64,000 nt of DNA from Octopus vulgaris (lineage: Eukaryota), in assembly GCA_951406725.2 (NCBI GenBank), contig OX597828.1, forward strand, positions 40,362,001 through 40,426,000, written 5' to 3'. The notes under the pieces were generated by a model. The model saw nothing but the letters and a program-made list of their open reading frames with translations. It made no database searches and was not told the origin of the DNA. The first letter of the stretch is position 1; the number at the start of each line of letters is the position of its first letter. Both the position numbers and the translations under genes were made by a program. Positions 26,891 through 39,323 of the stretch are shown here, piece after piece.

Positions 26891-27160
26891 CAAAGAGCAG
26901 TTTGGCATCGAGTCGAACTGGCTCTGGGGGTGATGCAAAAAATTTGGCTCTTGCTTCCATTTGACTAGCAGGACTAGTCGGAGAGCGAAGAGGTGATAAA
27001 GGCTCAACTTTCGATGTAGGTCGCAATCTGGATAATCGCTGATCTGTCCTCGCATCAGCCATTTCATCTAATAGTGTTTTATTTTCAATGTCAGGTGTTG
27101 TCTGATCTTTCATTGTGTCATCAGCGTCATCAGATGAAAAACCTTTCTCTGTCTCTGTTT
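26891..27160 (-). CDS. MICAL3: MICAL exon, 270 nt (ETETEKGFSSDDADDTMKDQ...ARAKFFASPPEPVRLDAKLLF)
   Basis: Acceptor cttcttccaccag, donor G|gtaaga. Symmetric phase 1-1; overlaps ORF 26745..27113. Confidence 0.88.
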
Positions 27161-27644
27161 CTGGTGGAAGAAGTATAAATATTTGACATTACTAAGAGGT
27201 CATGCACTTCTACATGACAGTACGACAACACAAACAACCACAACAGCTACAACAACCACAGCAACAAATACAACAACAACTACACTTCTTAAGCTTTACA
27301 ACAATACTTGTTACTCATGGAACTTGTGAAATAGAAAAGGGATTTCTATTTTTTTTTTCTAATTATTTCAGTTTTTTTTTTTTTTTCTTCTCTCCTCTCT
27401 CTACATTTTTATAATGTTAAAACAATTAATCACATGAGAAATTTGAGGCATAAGACATGCACAACAATATTCTAGGAATGAAAATATTTTACACATTTAA
27501 AGTGATTTGAAATACACTGAAATTCCATATTATATATACGTGTGTATATATACACACACAGATGTATATACAAATTAAGTATCAATATATAATGAGAGAA
27601 AGAGAGAGAGAGAGGGAAGTATTATAGGAAAGGTGACAAATTAC

Positions 27645-27674
27645 CAATAGCTCCCCTTTTGCTTTTTTGTGTCA
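27645..27674 (-). CDS. MICAL3: Candidate 30-nt alternative microexon (VTQKSKRGAI)
   Basis: Strong acceptor ttttgtgttttacctccag, donor TTG|gtaatt. Phase 1-1, stop-free, between two phase-1 junctions. Confidence 0.6.
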
Positions 27675-27846
27675 CTGGAGGTAAAACACAAAACTAAAAA
27701 GCACGAGACAAATGTTTTCACATTTTGCAGTTGTGTAATAAAAAGCAGGAAGAATTTACTATTTAAGCAAGGCAAATTCGTATAAGTGAATGTAATTATG
27801 CATAGATATAGACATATACGTATGTAGATATATATTTGTGCCTAAC

Positions 27847-28040
27847 CATCATCACTAGATTCTTCTGTGCTGTCAGTGTCTTCTAGCTGAAGCCTGCACT
27901 TATCAGCTAACTTGCTGGGGATGCTCTCCCGAGCCTGTCTCTCTTGCAATGTTTCTGCAAGCAGGCAGGCTTCTTCCCAAGTAAGGATATGACTGGCATC
28001 ATCGTCCAAGTCTTCCACATCAGCGTCATCTTCACTAGTC
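27847..28040 (-). CDS. MICAL3: MICAL exon, 194 nt (TSEDDADVEDLDDDASHILTWEEACLLAETLQERQARES...EESSDD)
   Basis: Acceptor tctctgaataaag, donor GATG|gttagg. Phase 2 in, phase 1 out, open acidic frame. Confidence 0.82.
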
Positions 28041-30778
28041 CTTTATTCAGAGAAATAAAAGGAAAATCATATATATTACAAACCAAAACCAAAACAAACA
28101 AAAAAAAACATGTATAAATATATGCATATACACACATAATATAAATGAAGGAAATTATGCATAAATAATTATTTGTTTTCATTAAGACACAAGGATAATT
28201 TTTGTAGTAGAGGGGCATGGTGAATTTGATAGAATAGACCAGTATATTACTGGTACATAATTTCATCATCATCTTTCAGCAAATAGAAATAAGATATCAA
28301 TGTCATTCTTCTTTTATCACTGGCATCAATCAATCAAAGAAATACAGAAAAAAACATCACAGAGATATATAGAAATATAAAGAAACACTGTAAAGATTGG
28401 TAAAAATGGAGAAGAGAAACAGTTTCTAAAGGGGAAAAAACTGATCAACTTGGCTGAAAGAAAAGAATTATTTAAAACTGTGAATTTACTGAATGTGATA
28501 TTTTAGATAAATTCTTTTTTTCTGCATATCAATGATTCCCTTATAGATGACAACATTTAATGGGTATTTACCCTAACATGGCAGCAAGTTTAACACCACC
28601 ATCTATCTCTTGGGTACTTTTATTACTTATTTTAAGCATTTGTAGGAGAAAAACCCTTGATTCTCAATCAGCCCATATTTTTCTGGCAGATATTCAATCT
28701 GAAAGGATCCACAAAAATCATGGAGAGTATCCTATTCCCATCCCCAGATTTGCTTACGTGAAAAGAGAAATATGAAAACTGCTTAATAAAAGAGCAATTC
28801 ATTAATGAAAATAAAAGTTAACAAAATTATATTATAAACAGAGAAACAATAAAAAAAAAAAGCAAGAAATTTATTTAAGTTCAGAAAAAGATGTAGCATT
28901 CTACATATCAGAGAAGGATAGTCCTGGTTAGAAGAAGCTGTAATTGTACACCACCACAAATATATAAGTAGCTAGCAAATGTAGTGATTGTACGGATTGA
29001 TGGATCGTTAGTAAACAGCAGGGAATGGTAGCTGAATAAAATAGTAAATGGTAGCAGTACAATGTATTGAAGAGGAGTTGTTGTTTAGCCTTGGGTTTTG
29101 CTCGAATCAAAAGCATTCCAGCTGTGACCGTTCTGTCTTTCTATATATTTATGAAAATACGGTCTATGTCATTTAATTTTTTTTTTAATGACAGGAGAAT
29201 AAAATTTGAGGGATATTTGGATGTTATTTCTACAGGTTTAAGTGACCATATAGAAACTACCTCTGGTGTTGAGTAAGGTAAAAATGTGTAAAATAATGAA
29301 AGACAACTCTGTCTGCCTACAGTAAGGAACAGAAGTGGTGAAATATAGTACATGGTAATAGCTGAATAATATAGGGAATAGTAGTTTTGTTATGTGTAGA
29401 ATAGTAACATTCTAATGATGCAAACAGTGGAACGATAGAGTATAGAACAGTAAACCTATGAAGTGTTACATGGCAGCACATTAAATTATTCAAAAGTAGA
29501 GTTATAAAGTATAGAATGGTAAGTCTTTGAAGAATTTCTTTTTCTTTCTTTCTTGTTTCATGCCTTCAGGCTCATTTGGTTAGATTATGTAGCAGGAATA
29601 TTTCACAATCAGATCACGATATCCAATGTCACAATTCACTAGAATATCATCTACATCATAAATTTTAAAAATCTGACTAATCAAGACTTTGCATAGAATT
29701 GGCTCCAATAATAATTTCATCTTTGGCACACTACTGTCTGAGCCAAACCATCACTGTATCTTCAGTGCAGCCAACCCCACCGACAACAGCTGATCCAAGT
29801 GCTGGATCAATGCAAAAACAATGAACAGATGGCAAACATGGGACATCAGAAGACAGTAGTACAACCAGCAGCTAACCACAATGGACAAACAGTAACATGA
29901 AGACCCACACCAATCCAAGGACAATAATCTTCAAACTGTCTTGGTGGTTTGTTGTTCATAGTAACAACAACATTTTTGCTTATGAAAAGAATATTATTTT
30001 TATTTAAAATCTCAAATAGATATCAGTAAGTTTATCTCAGTTTCTACGTTGTTTAAGTAACTGGGAGTCCAAAATTTCCCACTTTAACATTTAGCTTTGT
30101 AGCATTATATTGAATGGTTAGAAATATACATGAATGGTAAAACTATAAAATGTTGCATAGTAGCATGGTAGGATTATAAGGTATATAAAATGGTAGGATG
30201 CTATAATTATAAAGTATTGGATGATAGATGTGTAGAAGTATCAAAATAAAAAAAATAATAATTGAATGATGGCAGTATAAAAAGGTTAGCACTATAATGC
30301 AGTAAATAATGTCTCTCGTTATGTGTGAAATAAAAATAGAATCAAAAGATTTTGTATAGAAGTGGAACAATATAAATCACTAAAAAACAGACTACTAAAA
30401 AAGTATTTCAAGACATGGAACTATTTCCATGTAGCAGTGAACCCCAGAGGAAGAGAAAAGATAATGTTAAAAGCCTAGTGGGATAAGAAATCAAAAGAGT
30501 GAAGTACCAAAGTAGACAGTGAAAAGTATCAGGTGTGGCATGCTACCTGGTTAGCCTGATATGGGAACAAACGAAGGACTTTTGTTACTAAAATATATTT
30601 AGTCATCAACTGTTGGAATGAGAATTTTTTGAAGAATGGAAACATGAAAGGAAAAGAAACATCAGTAATCAGTGCCATGTTAAAAATAAAATAGAAAAGA
30701 GATTAAAATGTAAGAATGTGTAAGATCATAACAAGAACTACATTTGACACTAAAAAGACACCCCAAAAAATCAAGTCA

Positions 30779-31276
30779 GAGTGGCTGTGTGGTAAGTATA
30801 GGCGCAGGAGTGGCTGTGTGGTAAGTATAGGCACAGGAGTGGCTGTGTGGTAAGTATAGGTGCAGGAGTGGCTGTGTGGTAAGTATAGGTGCAGGAGTGG
30901 CTGTGCGCTAAGCAGCTTGCTTACCAACCACATGGTTCTGGGTTCATTCACACTGCATGGCACCTTGGGCAAGTGTCTTCTACTATAGCCTCGGGTCGAC
31001 CGAAGCCTTGTGAGTGGATTTGGTAGACGGAAACTGAAAGAAACCCGTCGTATATATGTATATGTGTGTGTGTGTGTGTGTTTGTCTCCCCAACATCGCT
31101 TGACAACCGATGGTAGTGTGTATACGTCCCCGTAACTTAGCAATTTGGCAAAAGAGTACAATAGAATAAGTACTAGGCTTCCAAAGAATAAGTCCTGGGG
31201 TTGATTTACTCAACTAAAGGCAGTGCTCCAGCATGGCCACAGTCAAATGACTGAAACAAGTAAAAGAGTAAAAGAG
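30779..31276 (+). mobile_element. SINE family A, well preserved, with tandemly repeated 29-bp head
   Basis: Four copies of gagtggctgtgtggtaagtatagg(c/t)(g/a)cag precede the normal head; A-box TGGCTGTGTGG, B-box-like gggttcattc, tail gtaaaagagtaaaagag. Confidence 0.9.
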
Positions 31277-32327
31277 CATGAGCTGCAATGAAGATAAATT
31301 TTTGTTTTTATGTGCTTTTCCATGCTGGCTTGGGTTAGACAGATATATATTTCTAAGGCATTATTTTACAGCCAGATGCCCTTCTCGTTTCTAACTTAAA
31401 AATTCCTAATTGTACCTATCAGTGAAGGTGCAAAGCCAGCAGATGATTTGCTGGCAGGATTATGACAACAATATCACCATTTGCAGCTCAGCAATTTTTA
31501 AAAAAATACACATATGTATATATACATATATGATAGGTTTCTTTTAGTTTCTGCCAACCAAATCTGCTCTCAAGACTTTTATCAACTCAAGGCTATAAAT
31601 GATGATACTTTCCCAAAATGCCATGTGGTGGGATTGAACCTAAAATCATGTGATTGGGAAGCAAACCTCTTAACCACACTGCCACACCTGCACCAATAGC
31701 TTTTTCTCAGTATAAATATAAAATATATATTACTGTGTCTTCCATTGGTTTTGACGATGACTGTTGCAGTTGTTTGCTTATCTAAACCACCAACTCATTA
31801 AATTAGCATAGAATCATTGCAGCACACTGAGTTACAAAACTGGTATATTGAATCAGAATGCTCTAAGACTGTTCTTGTAGACATTGATTTTAAACTTGGG
31901 ACTAGCGTTTTGCATTCTTTGAACAAGATTTGAACAAAAAATGTAAAAAGCTTGTAAATGACAAGAAATTTTTGAGAAGACTTTTAAATAATGCAGGTGA
32001 GAAGGTAGGCAAAATATTTAAGGTGATACCAATAAATAAAGACAAAGATGAGATACTGTAACACCCTGCATAGTTGGTTTATCAGCTTTAGGATATTAGA
32101 ATGTTGACTTATTTATCAAAACAACAACCATAATAACATACATACACACACACACACACACATACATATAAATCATTAGTTGCAACAAACATAAGAGTAT
32201 TCAATACTGGGGTTAGAGTATAAATTACTAACTTACGTAAGTTTAGTAAACATGATTATATCCTTGGTTACAATGTAGTAAAAACAAAAAATAAAAAATG
32301 CTACAATCTTCAACTTGTTCAGTCAGA

Positions 32328-32376
<49 letters not shown>

Positions 32377-32381
32377 TGCAT

Positions 32382-32416
<35 letters not shown>

Positions 32417-34160
32417 TTAGTAAAAAAATAAAATGGTTTACTAAAAGTCTGAAAACTTGTTTAGCATTTTGATAAGATGAACCAAAATATAAAGATTAGT
32501 ACAAAACAGAGAAATAATCACTGAAAACATCCAAAAAGAAATACAATGGGGATTTGAGGCGTTATCTGTATGTACAATAGATGTTAAGGTAGATAAGGAG
32601 ATCCTTTACAGAACAGATGGATGATGATGAATTGGAAGAAATGAAGGTGATAGGGGTGGCATTAAGGGTAAGTCTGCTGGAGTCAGAGACTGGTAAATAA
32701 AATAGGTAATCTGTTTTATAAATAATAATCCACTCATTTGGCAACAGAATCAGGAAATCTAAAGAAAACACCTATTAATAAACACAACCGAAAACATCAA
32801 CAAGAACAAACAAGTTCTGAAAGTTGTCTTTTGAGTAAATGACACCAAAAGATATTATGATAGGTTATAACACACCAAAATGCAGGTATGAAACTAGTTG
32901 TATTTTTCAAATCTTGGCAAAAAATTTCATTTGGTGGAAAATTCAAGTACACTGGATAATGTGTTCTGGAGTTACTATGGTTTAAAAATCTTTCAAAATA
33001 AAACAGAACCTACCAACAAAAAGCAATTTGGTGGCTAATATTTTCTTTTTAATGATTAATTATTTATTTATGAGATTTTATGTCACTATAATTTAAAAAC
33101 TTGGTAGATACATCAATCAGATCCAGTTGGAACATTTCTTTGTTGTCTCTGATATTTCCTTTAGGGCTGTGGTCCTGTTCTTCCAAGAAATTGACAGGGG
33201 TTTCATTAGATCATAAGCAGATTTGCTCTCAAAACCTTTGGTGAGAACCTTGCCGAGGAAGCTTGCTTCCCTCAGGCTGAGAGTTTCTTACCACTTTTTT
33301 TATTAATTATTTATTTATGAGATCTTAAGCCCCTGCACTTTAAAACTTGGTACATAAATTGATTAAAGAAACACACTTTACCTGAGAGTTTTTTTTTAGT
33401 TAAACAACAAATCAAATCTGTAACTTATGTATTTATACAATAGATTCTTGACTATAGAGTTTACAGCAAACATTTTATCCACAAATAGAGAAGCTTGAGA
33501 ATTTTCGAACTTCAGCTAATTAATATGTGTAAATAGAATATTTCAAGTTCTGTAAGTAGCACTTTAATCAAACATGGTATACCGGTTACTTGCACTAAAC
33601 TATATCATTTAAAACTTCCAATACAACATTTAATTAATGACACAACTAAACCAGTTAACTGGCTATAATTTTCTCTTGGTTGATTACAAATCCCTTCATA
33701 ACTTCCTAAAATAAAATCTGTTAATTTTGCCACGTGTGTACATGTGTTTGTGTATGTACATGTCTATACAAGCATGCATGTGTGTAAATACACATAGATG
33801 TGTCTGCATGTAGATACATGTTTGTACATGTGTGTAGGTACATGTGGCGGTGGGGAGGAAGTTTTCAATGTATGGCTGTGCTAAGTAGGCCTAATTATAT
33901 AGGAAAGACCAAATCCAAGAATACTGAGGATGATCTTTGTTGGCAACACTTGGCACATTGAAGAAATAAGTTCAATTGCCATGAGGAGTGGAGAATGTAA
34001 TGGGGTTAGGGCTCTTGCTATTTATCTAAGAGTAAAAGAAGCAGAGGGCAAGGGCTAGAAACACTCACCACATCAACTAAACTTACCAAACTCTTCTATG
34101 AACGTACCAAAAAAAGATCAACCTTCTTTGTGTTTTTTTTTTTAATCTTTCCTTTTAATG

Positions 34161-34740
34161 AGGCCACATGATCCAGTGGTTAACATGTTGCACTTTCAAT
34201 CATAAGAGCATGGTTTTGATTCCATGACTGGATGATACATTGTGCTCTTGAGCAAAACACTTCATTTCACATTACTCCAGTCCACTCAGATGTAAATGAA
34301 TTCCAGAATGAAGCATGTGGCTTAGTAGTTAGGAGATTCAGCTCAAGATTGTTAGGTCATGAGTTCAATTCCTGGCAGCAAGTTGTGCCCTCGAGCAAGG
34401 CCCTTTATTTTACATTGCTCCAGTTCATTCAGCTGGCAAAAATGAGTCGCAACTGTATGTCAAAGGGCCAGCCTTGTCACATTCTATGTCATAATGAATC
34501 TCCCTGAGAACAAGGTTAAGGGTATACATGTCTGTGGAGTGCTCAGCCACTTGCATGTTAATTTCACGAGCTGGCTGTTCCAGTGATCGAATCAACTGGA
34601 ACCGTCCTCATTGTAACAGACAGATAGCCAGTTAGTTAAATGAGTTCCAGCAATAGCTGGAGAATTAACCTTGCAATGGACTGGCATTCCATTCAGCAGG
34701 GAAATGTCATCTCAGTAACTTATACATCATGGAAATGGAA
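34161..34740 (+). mobile_element. Nested SINEs: one SINE (34307-34636) inserted into an older SINE
   Basis: Two tRNA-like heads (about 34161 and 34311). The inner element is bracketed by taaatga(a/g)ttccag at 34293-34306 and 34637-34650. Confidence 0.75.
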
Positions 34741-34909
34741 ATTGTGTTAAGCTTTGACCTTCAGAGTTCCAAGATGTATGTCAGACCTAAGTTCTCTCAG
34801 TTCTGTTCTTATTTTCTTCAAATATAATTTTTCATCAGAAGATGAGGCAACAACCATGAATAATTGTCAGTGTTTCTTGAAGAAAACAAACGAAACATTC
34901 TAGAGAATA

Positions 34910-35057
34910 TTTCGTTTTTGGATTTGGTTTGCAAGATTCTTTATGTGAGTTAGTGTGTTGAAGCATATTCTGTTGTGTCTGGGGAGAGTCATTTTACCGG
35001 TGAGTGTGTTAAATTATAAGGCACAAAAAGAAAATGACTCTCCCCAGACACAACAGA
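34910..35057. mobile_element. Short insertion with internal inversion and 13-bp flanking duplication
   Basis: ATTCTAGAGAATA at 34897-34909 and 35058-35070; perfect 29-bp inverted arms at 34967-34995 and 35031-35059. Confidence 0.8.
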
Positions 35058-35881
35058 ATTCTAGAGAATAGCATTTCAAAAATAGAAGTGTTACCATTTT
35101 AGAGGTCATTAAACTAATGAAATCAAGAAGTTTCACATGTGACAAGTACTGTTGGAAAATAACTATGGAGCTATTCATAATTCTAAAGTAAAATTATTCA
35201 AATACAATACAGTTGCTTTTATTTTGTTTTTTTTTTGTTTTTTTTAAATGATATGGATGAGATAAACAAACAAACAAACAAATAACATCAACTAAAATGA
35301 ATCAGAATAATATTTAAAAACCAAAATTCAATCAAAAATTTCCTGCAATAAATGGAACAAGAAATGATTAAACATTGTGGAGAAGAAGGTGGGAAGACTC
35401 ACAGTTTAAAATTTAAATTAGGAAACATTTGTGAAAATATAGTAACCACTACAAGTAATGTTTGCATAGAATTGCAAGAATTTACTAGATTCAAAAGATT
35501 AAAAACAAGAATCTTGCTTAATTTCAAGAACTGCTTCAAGCAGTTGACTTCTTACATTTTTTTCACTTTGGTCATAAAATGATTTTGTATTTCATATGTA
35601 GACATAAGAGTATCATTGTGAAGGAGCAACATTCATCCATTTCCATTGATATTAGTAGTTTAAAAAACAAATGAAATGATACCAGCAGTGGATCTAAAAC
35701 TGTTTTGTAAAAATAGCTCAGTTTTAAATTAGAATGCTGAAATTACAACAGAATACAGTATCTGGGCAGTTAAGTTTAAGAGAAGAAGACAATGGTAGCA
35801 GAGATATCTTTCTCCCAGTCACTGCTGCTGGGGGTAATTAGTATCCTAAGTCAAGTAAAATAGTTAGTACTACCTGTGTAT

Positions 35882-36080
35882 TTAACCGTTTAGCAATCAG
35901 ATTCTTATGTTTATTCATTCAGCCTGTTTTGAAAGAATAGCGCATTATCTTCTAGCTTTGAGATTTCGATGAAAAAATTGTTTATTTTTGGAATGACATT
36001 GTGGGGTAAGTGTGAGAAGCTAGATCTAGTTGGTTTGAGCATAAAACAAGATATGGCTGGCTTAAATGCTAAAGGGCTAA
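35882..36080. mobile_element. Decayed piggyBac-type MITE (inverted relative of 60562-60781)
   Basis: Ends ttaaccgtttagca and tgctaaagggctaa; body is the reverse complement of the 60562 copy. Confidence 0.65.
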
Positions 36081-36221
36081 ATTATTCACAACACACACTG
36101 TGACAACATTATTTCCTCCTTTCTACGATACCCACTACACACCCACAGAGTTTGTTCACTGAAAAAATATGATACAATGATATCAGTAGAGAGTGGTTAA
36201 CAATACACTCAAGAAATATCA

Positions 36222-36276
<55 letters not shown>

Positions 36277-36349
36277 GGATTCAGAGATATTAACTGTTGA
36301 TAGAAGAAGTTCATGAAATATAGTAGGAAGAAATAACTTGAAATAGTCA

Positions 36350-36572
36350 AATCGTGGCTGTTGCCAGTACCACCAAACTGGCCCTCGTGCCGGTGGCACG
36401 TAAAAGCACCCACTACACTCTCAGGGTGGTTGGCGTTAGGAAGGGCATCCAGCTGTAGAAAACTCTGCCAGATCAGATTGGAGTCTGGTTCGCCAGACCT
36501 CAGTCAAATCGTCCAACCCATGCTAGCATGGAAAGCGGACGTTAAATGATGATGATGATGATGATGATGATG
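36350..36572 (+). mobile_element. Retroposon 3' fragment with (ATG)n tail
   Basis: ggttggcgttaggaagggcatccagctgtagaaa...ccaacccatgctagcatggaaagcggacgttaaatgatgatg; related pieces near 3128-3315, 8748-8885 and 44045-44215. Confidence 0.75.
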
Positions 36573-36676
36573 AAGAAAGTGAGAGGGGAAAACATGTTAA
36601 TCTGCTGGGTAAGATCTCAGGTAAAGACTTATGATCATGTACAGCCATCAATGGCAGCATTACATTAAGTTCAATA

Positions 36677-36835
36677 ATGTCCTGAGTATGTCTTCAACTG
36701 CATCTAGCAGTAGGACCCAGGTTCAGGAGTTTCAGAGTTTTGAGGAGTATGGAACCATCTCCTAGCCACTGTTGTTCCATGGTCTACTCTGACCTGAAGT
36801 AGTAGCATCTGTCAAGGTCCCTGCTATAGGTTAAT
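36677..36835 (+). mobile_element. Ancient SINE central-domain relic (possibly Ceph-type)
   Basis: tgtcctgagtatg...ggtctactctgacctgaagtagtagcatctgtcaaggtccc resembles a conserved invertebrate SINE domain; recognised from memory only. Confidence 0.4.
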
Positions 36836-38711
36836 TACCATATTAGGGCTTGCCTACCTATGTATGTGAACACTGGATCCAGTGAACCTTGCAAGAGAAA
36901 CTGTCATGGTTCAATGGAGGGGAAGGCAGCTGCAGCAATGCATTGTGGAGTGCAGGGAGTAAAATGAGGCAAGTAAGATATCTTGGTCATTTAGTTCACC
37001 TGTCTCCATCCCCAGTCATTTAAACCTCATCTTGCCACTGGATAGAAGATGGTCATGGACAAGAGAATGAGGTTGATGGTGCACAACTCTTCTTCACTTT
37101 AAACAATGTCACCATGCAAGTCATCAGTCATCCACAGGTGTTTAGATGGTCTTCGTCACTCTGACGGATGAACATGAGGGTTTCTATGGTCTATGTAAAG
37201 AAATTACCATGATTAGTATCAATGTATTTTTTCTGCACAAGGAAGTGAATACAATGTGTCTAGCACAAATAAGAACAATGAAAGAGAGAAAGTATTGCTG
37301 GTAAAGTATTTTTTTTTAAAAATGCAGTTTTTGGTGTATAAAGTGTGTTCAGTGCTGGAATCAAAGACTTTCCATCACATGATGGTAAAAGACAGTAACT
37401 AAAATAACCATGCAGCATAAAATAAATTGTTTATTCTTCCATAAAAATAATATAAAACAGAGATCAATTATAAAGTGTTATATATGTAGCATATGAGAGT
37501 TTATATATGAAATATAACACTCAGTTTAATGAAGTTTGAGTAAATATATGTTTTAAAAAAAGTTAGTGTTCTTAGGGAAAAATTAAAAAAGGTAAAAAAC
37601 ATGTATTTTCAGTGAGCATTGTTAATGCAATTTTAATTGATATATATATATATATATATATACTGAGTTTGATTTCATTTTCAACTGTTAAAAAAGTTTT
37701 TGTTTAAAAAAAAATCACTAAAAAAATACATATAAACAAAAATGGGACAAAATCTAATCAAGATAGAAAATGATTAATTGCATAGAAAGACAGAATATTT
37801 TGTAAAACATTTTTTTTTAAATCAAAGAATAAGGTGGAGAAGATCATACCTCAGCAGATCTATTAAAGGAATCAGAAATTTCAATTTCCTAACTCTCTTA
37901 ACAAAAAATTCTTTCAAAAATGAATTGTTTAATCTCATCAGAACATTTCTATAGAATCCTCAAAACTGAAGGATACCCACTAGAATTTGAGATGGACAGC
38001 ATATTGTTACACACTATGTACCCTGCATAACCTAAGTCCACTGATCATAAATAGCAGTTAAATCGTAAATCTCAAATTTTAAAAAACAGTAACAGTCATT
38101 TAACATTTCTAAGACTTCTTAAAAGAAAAGTGATTCTTTCTGTTACTTCTTCCAAAATCTTTGTGATTTAATTATTTCATTTCATCTGGAAGCACATTAT
38201 AAATAAACTGCATTTGGCCTCATTAAATTCCTTAATACAATTAATAATTGCTGATGCCTGTAGAAGATGATTTTGTTCTCAGTTCATATCAGGAAAATAT
38301 TCAAATAGTCTTAAAGCGAAATAAAAGAGAGAATCTATATTGCTTTGATATGAAACAAACAACCAAAATATTTGCTCTGCTGACATTAAAGAGTTTATAA
38401 TATTTGTATATATCAACTCTTTTGGATTTCCTTTCCCTAAATGCAGGCAGCGAATAACCTATTGATTGCAAAGAAAGGTATTTGTTGTACCCATGTAGAA
38501 TTAAAATAAAATAAATAAATGTATTTGTTGATTAGGTATCTCTTGATGCAATGAAGAATATGAAAGAGACCTTTGAAAGAATCCAGATAGAGATAGAGAG
38601 AGGGAAAGAGAGCTTATGTATTACAAATAACATAATTCAAAAGCATTGAATGCATTTCACAGAAACAAGACTCTTTACAAAAACATTGGTATAAGAAAGC
38701 AAAGAAGGATA

Positions 38712-39323
38712 TCTATATATATAAAACTCAACTTGTGTGTCTGTGTGTGTATCTGTGTGTGTGTCTGCGTGTTTAACTTCCCAGCACATCTCCTCCTAGC
38801 CAACAAATCATAGAACCACCAAAAATGGGTCACTTAAAGTTTAGGCAAATGAAAATTTAACTGCGCTATTTCTGTTCCGAAATTCATCTCTCAAGCGCAA
38901 AAATTGATAATGTGTTTGTTTAGGCCTTATCCCATGCATTGAATAGTGAACTTTACTCAGTCAGCTGTTTGACGTGAACTGTGTTCACCACGCATGCAAG
39001 CATGCGTAAATTGCATGAAAAATAAATAATCAAGATATTAAAACGAATTGCTGTAAACATTGTAGAAATTCGGCAAAGAAATGAATTTTCGGGATGTAGC
39101 CTGGAGGGCTTTTTCGTATTAATCGTTGGGACTTTGTGAACACATACCAATTGTTTTCATAACATTTTTAACGCTTTGAATTAAATGTGACCATTTTGAG
39201 TCTGCAGTTTGAATCGCTTTAACCAAATTTTAGCAGGCCGGATTTTTGATCGTCACGATACATCGCCAGCGACTCCCTGAAACTCTCCCCTGAAATCCCC
39301 GTTGAGCCGGGCAATACTGCTAG
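38712..39323 (+). mobile_element. Non-autonomous Helitron
   Basis: Inserted between A and T; starts TCTATATATATAAAA, ends CTAG; subterminal hairpin CCCG-ttgagc-CGGG; CpG-rich. Confidence 0.8.

Noticed and set aside
28920-30370. Hydrophobic minus-strand ORFs in A/G-rich stretches
   Set aside because: Low-complexity tagtag/atggta-like sequence; no in-phase splice sites found.
30779-30915. 29-bp direct repeats as a CRISPR array (also the 30-bp array at 58 kb)
   Set aside because: Head-to-tail with no unique spacers, no cas genes, eukaryotic intron.
31734-31781. 48-nt AG-GT bounded segment (ISKQLQQSSSKPMEDT in phase 0)
   Set aside because: The host intron is phase 2, where it reads an immediate stop; weak splice sites.
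32612-32668. Plus-strand exon-like segment (QMDDDELEEMKVIGVALR|gtaagt)
   Set aside because: No other plus-strand exon to join, and it overlaps an equally plausible minus-strand candidate.
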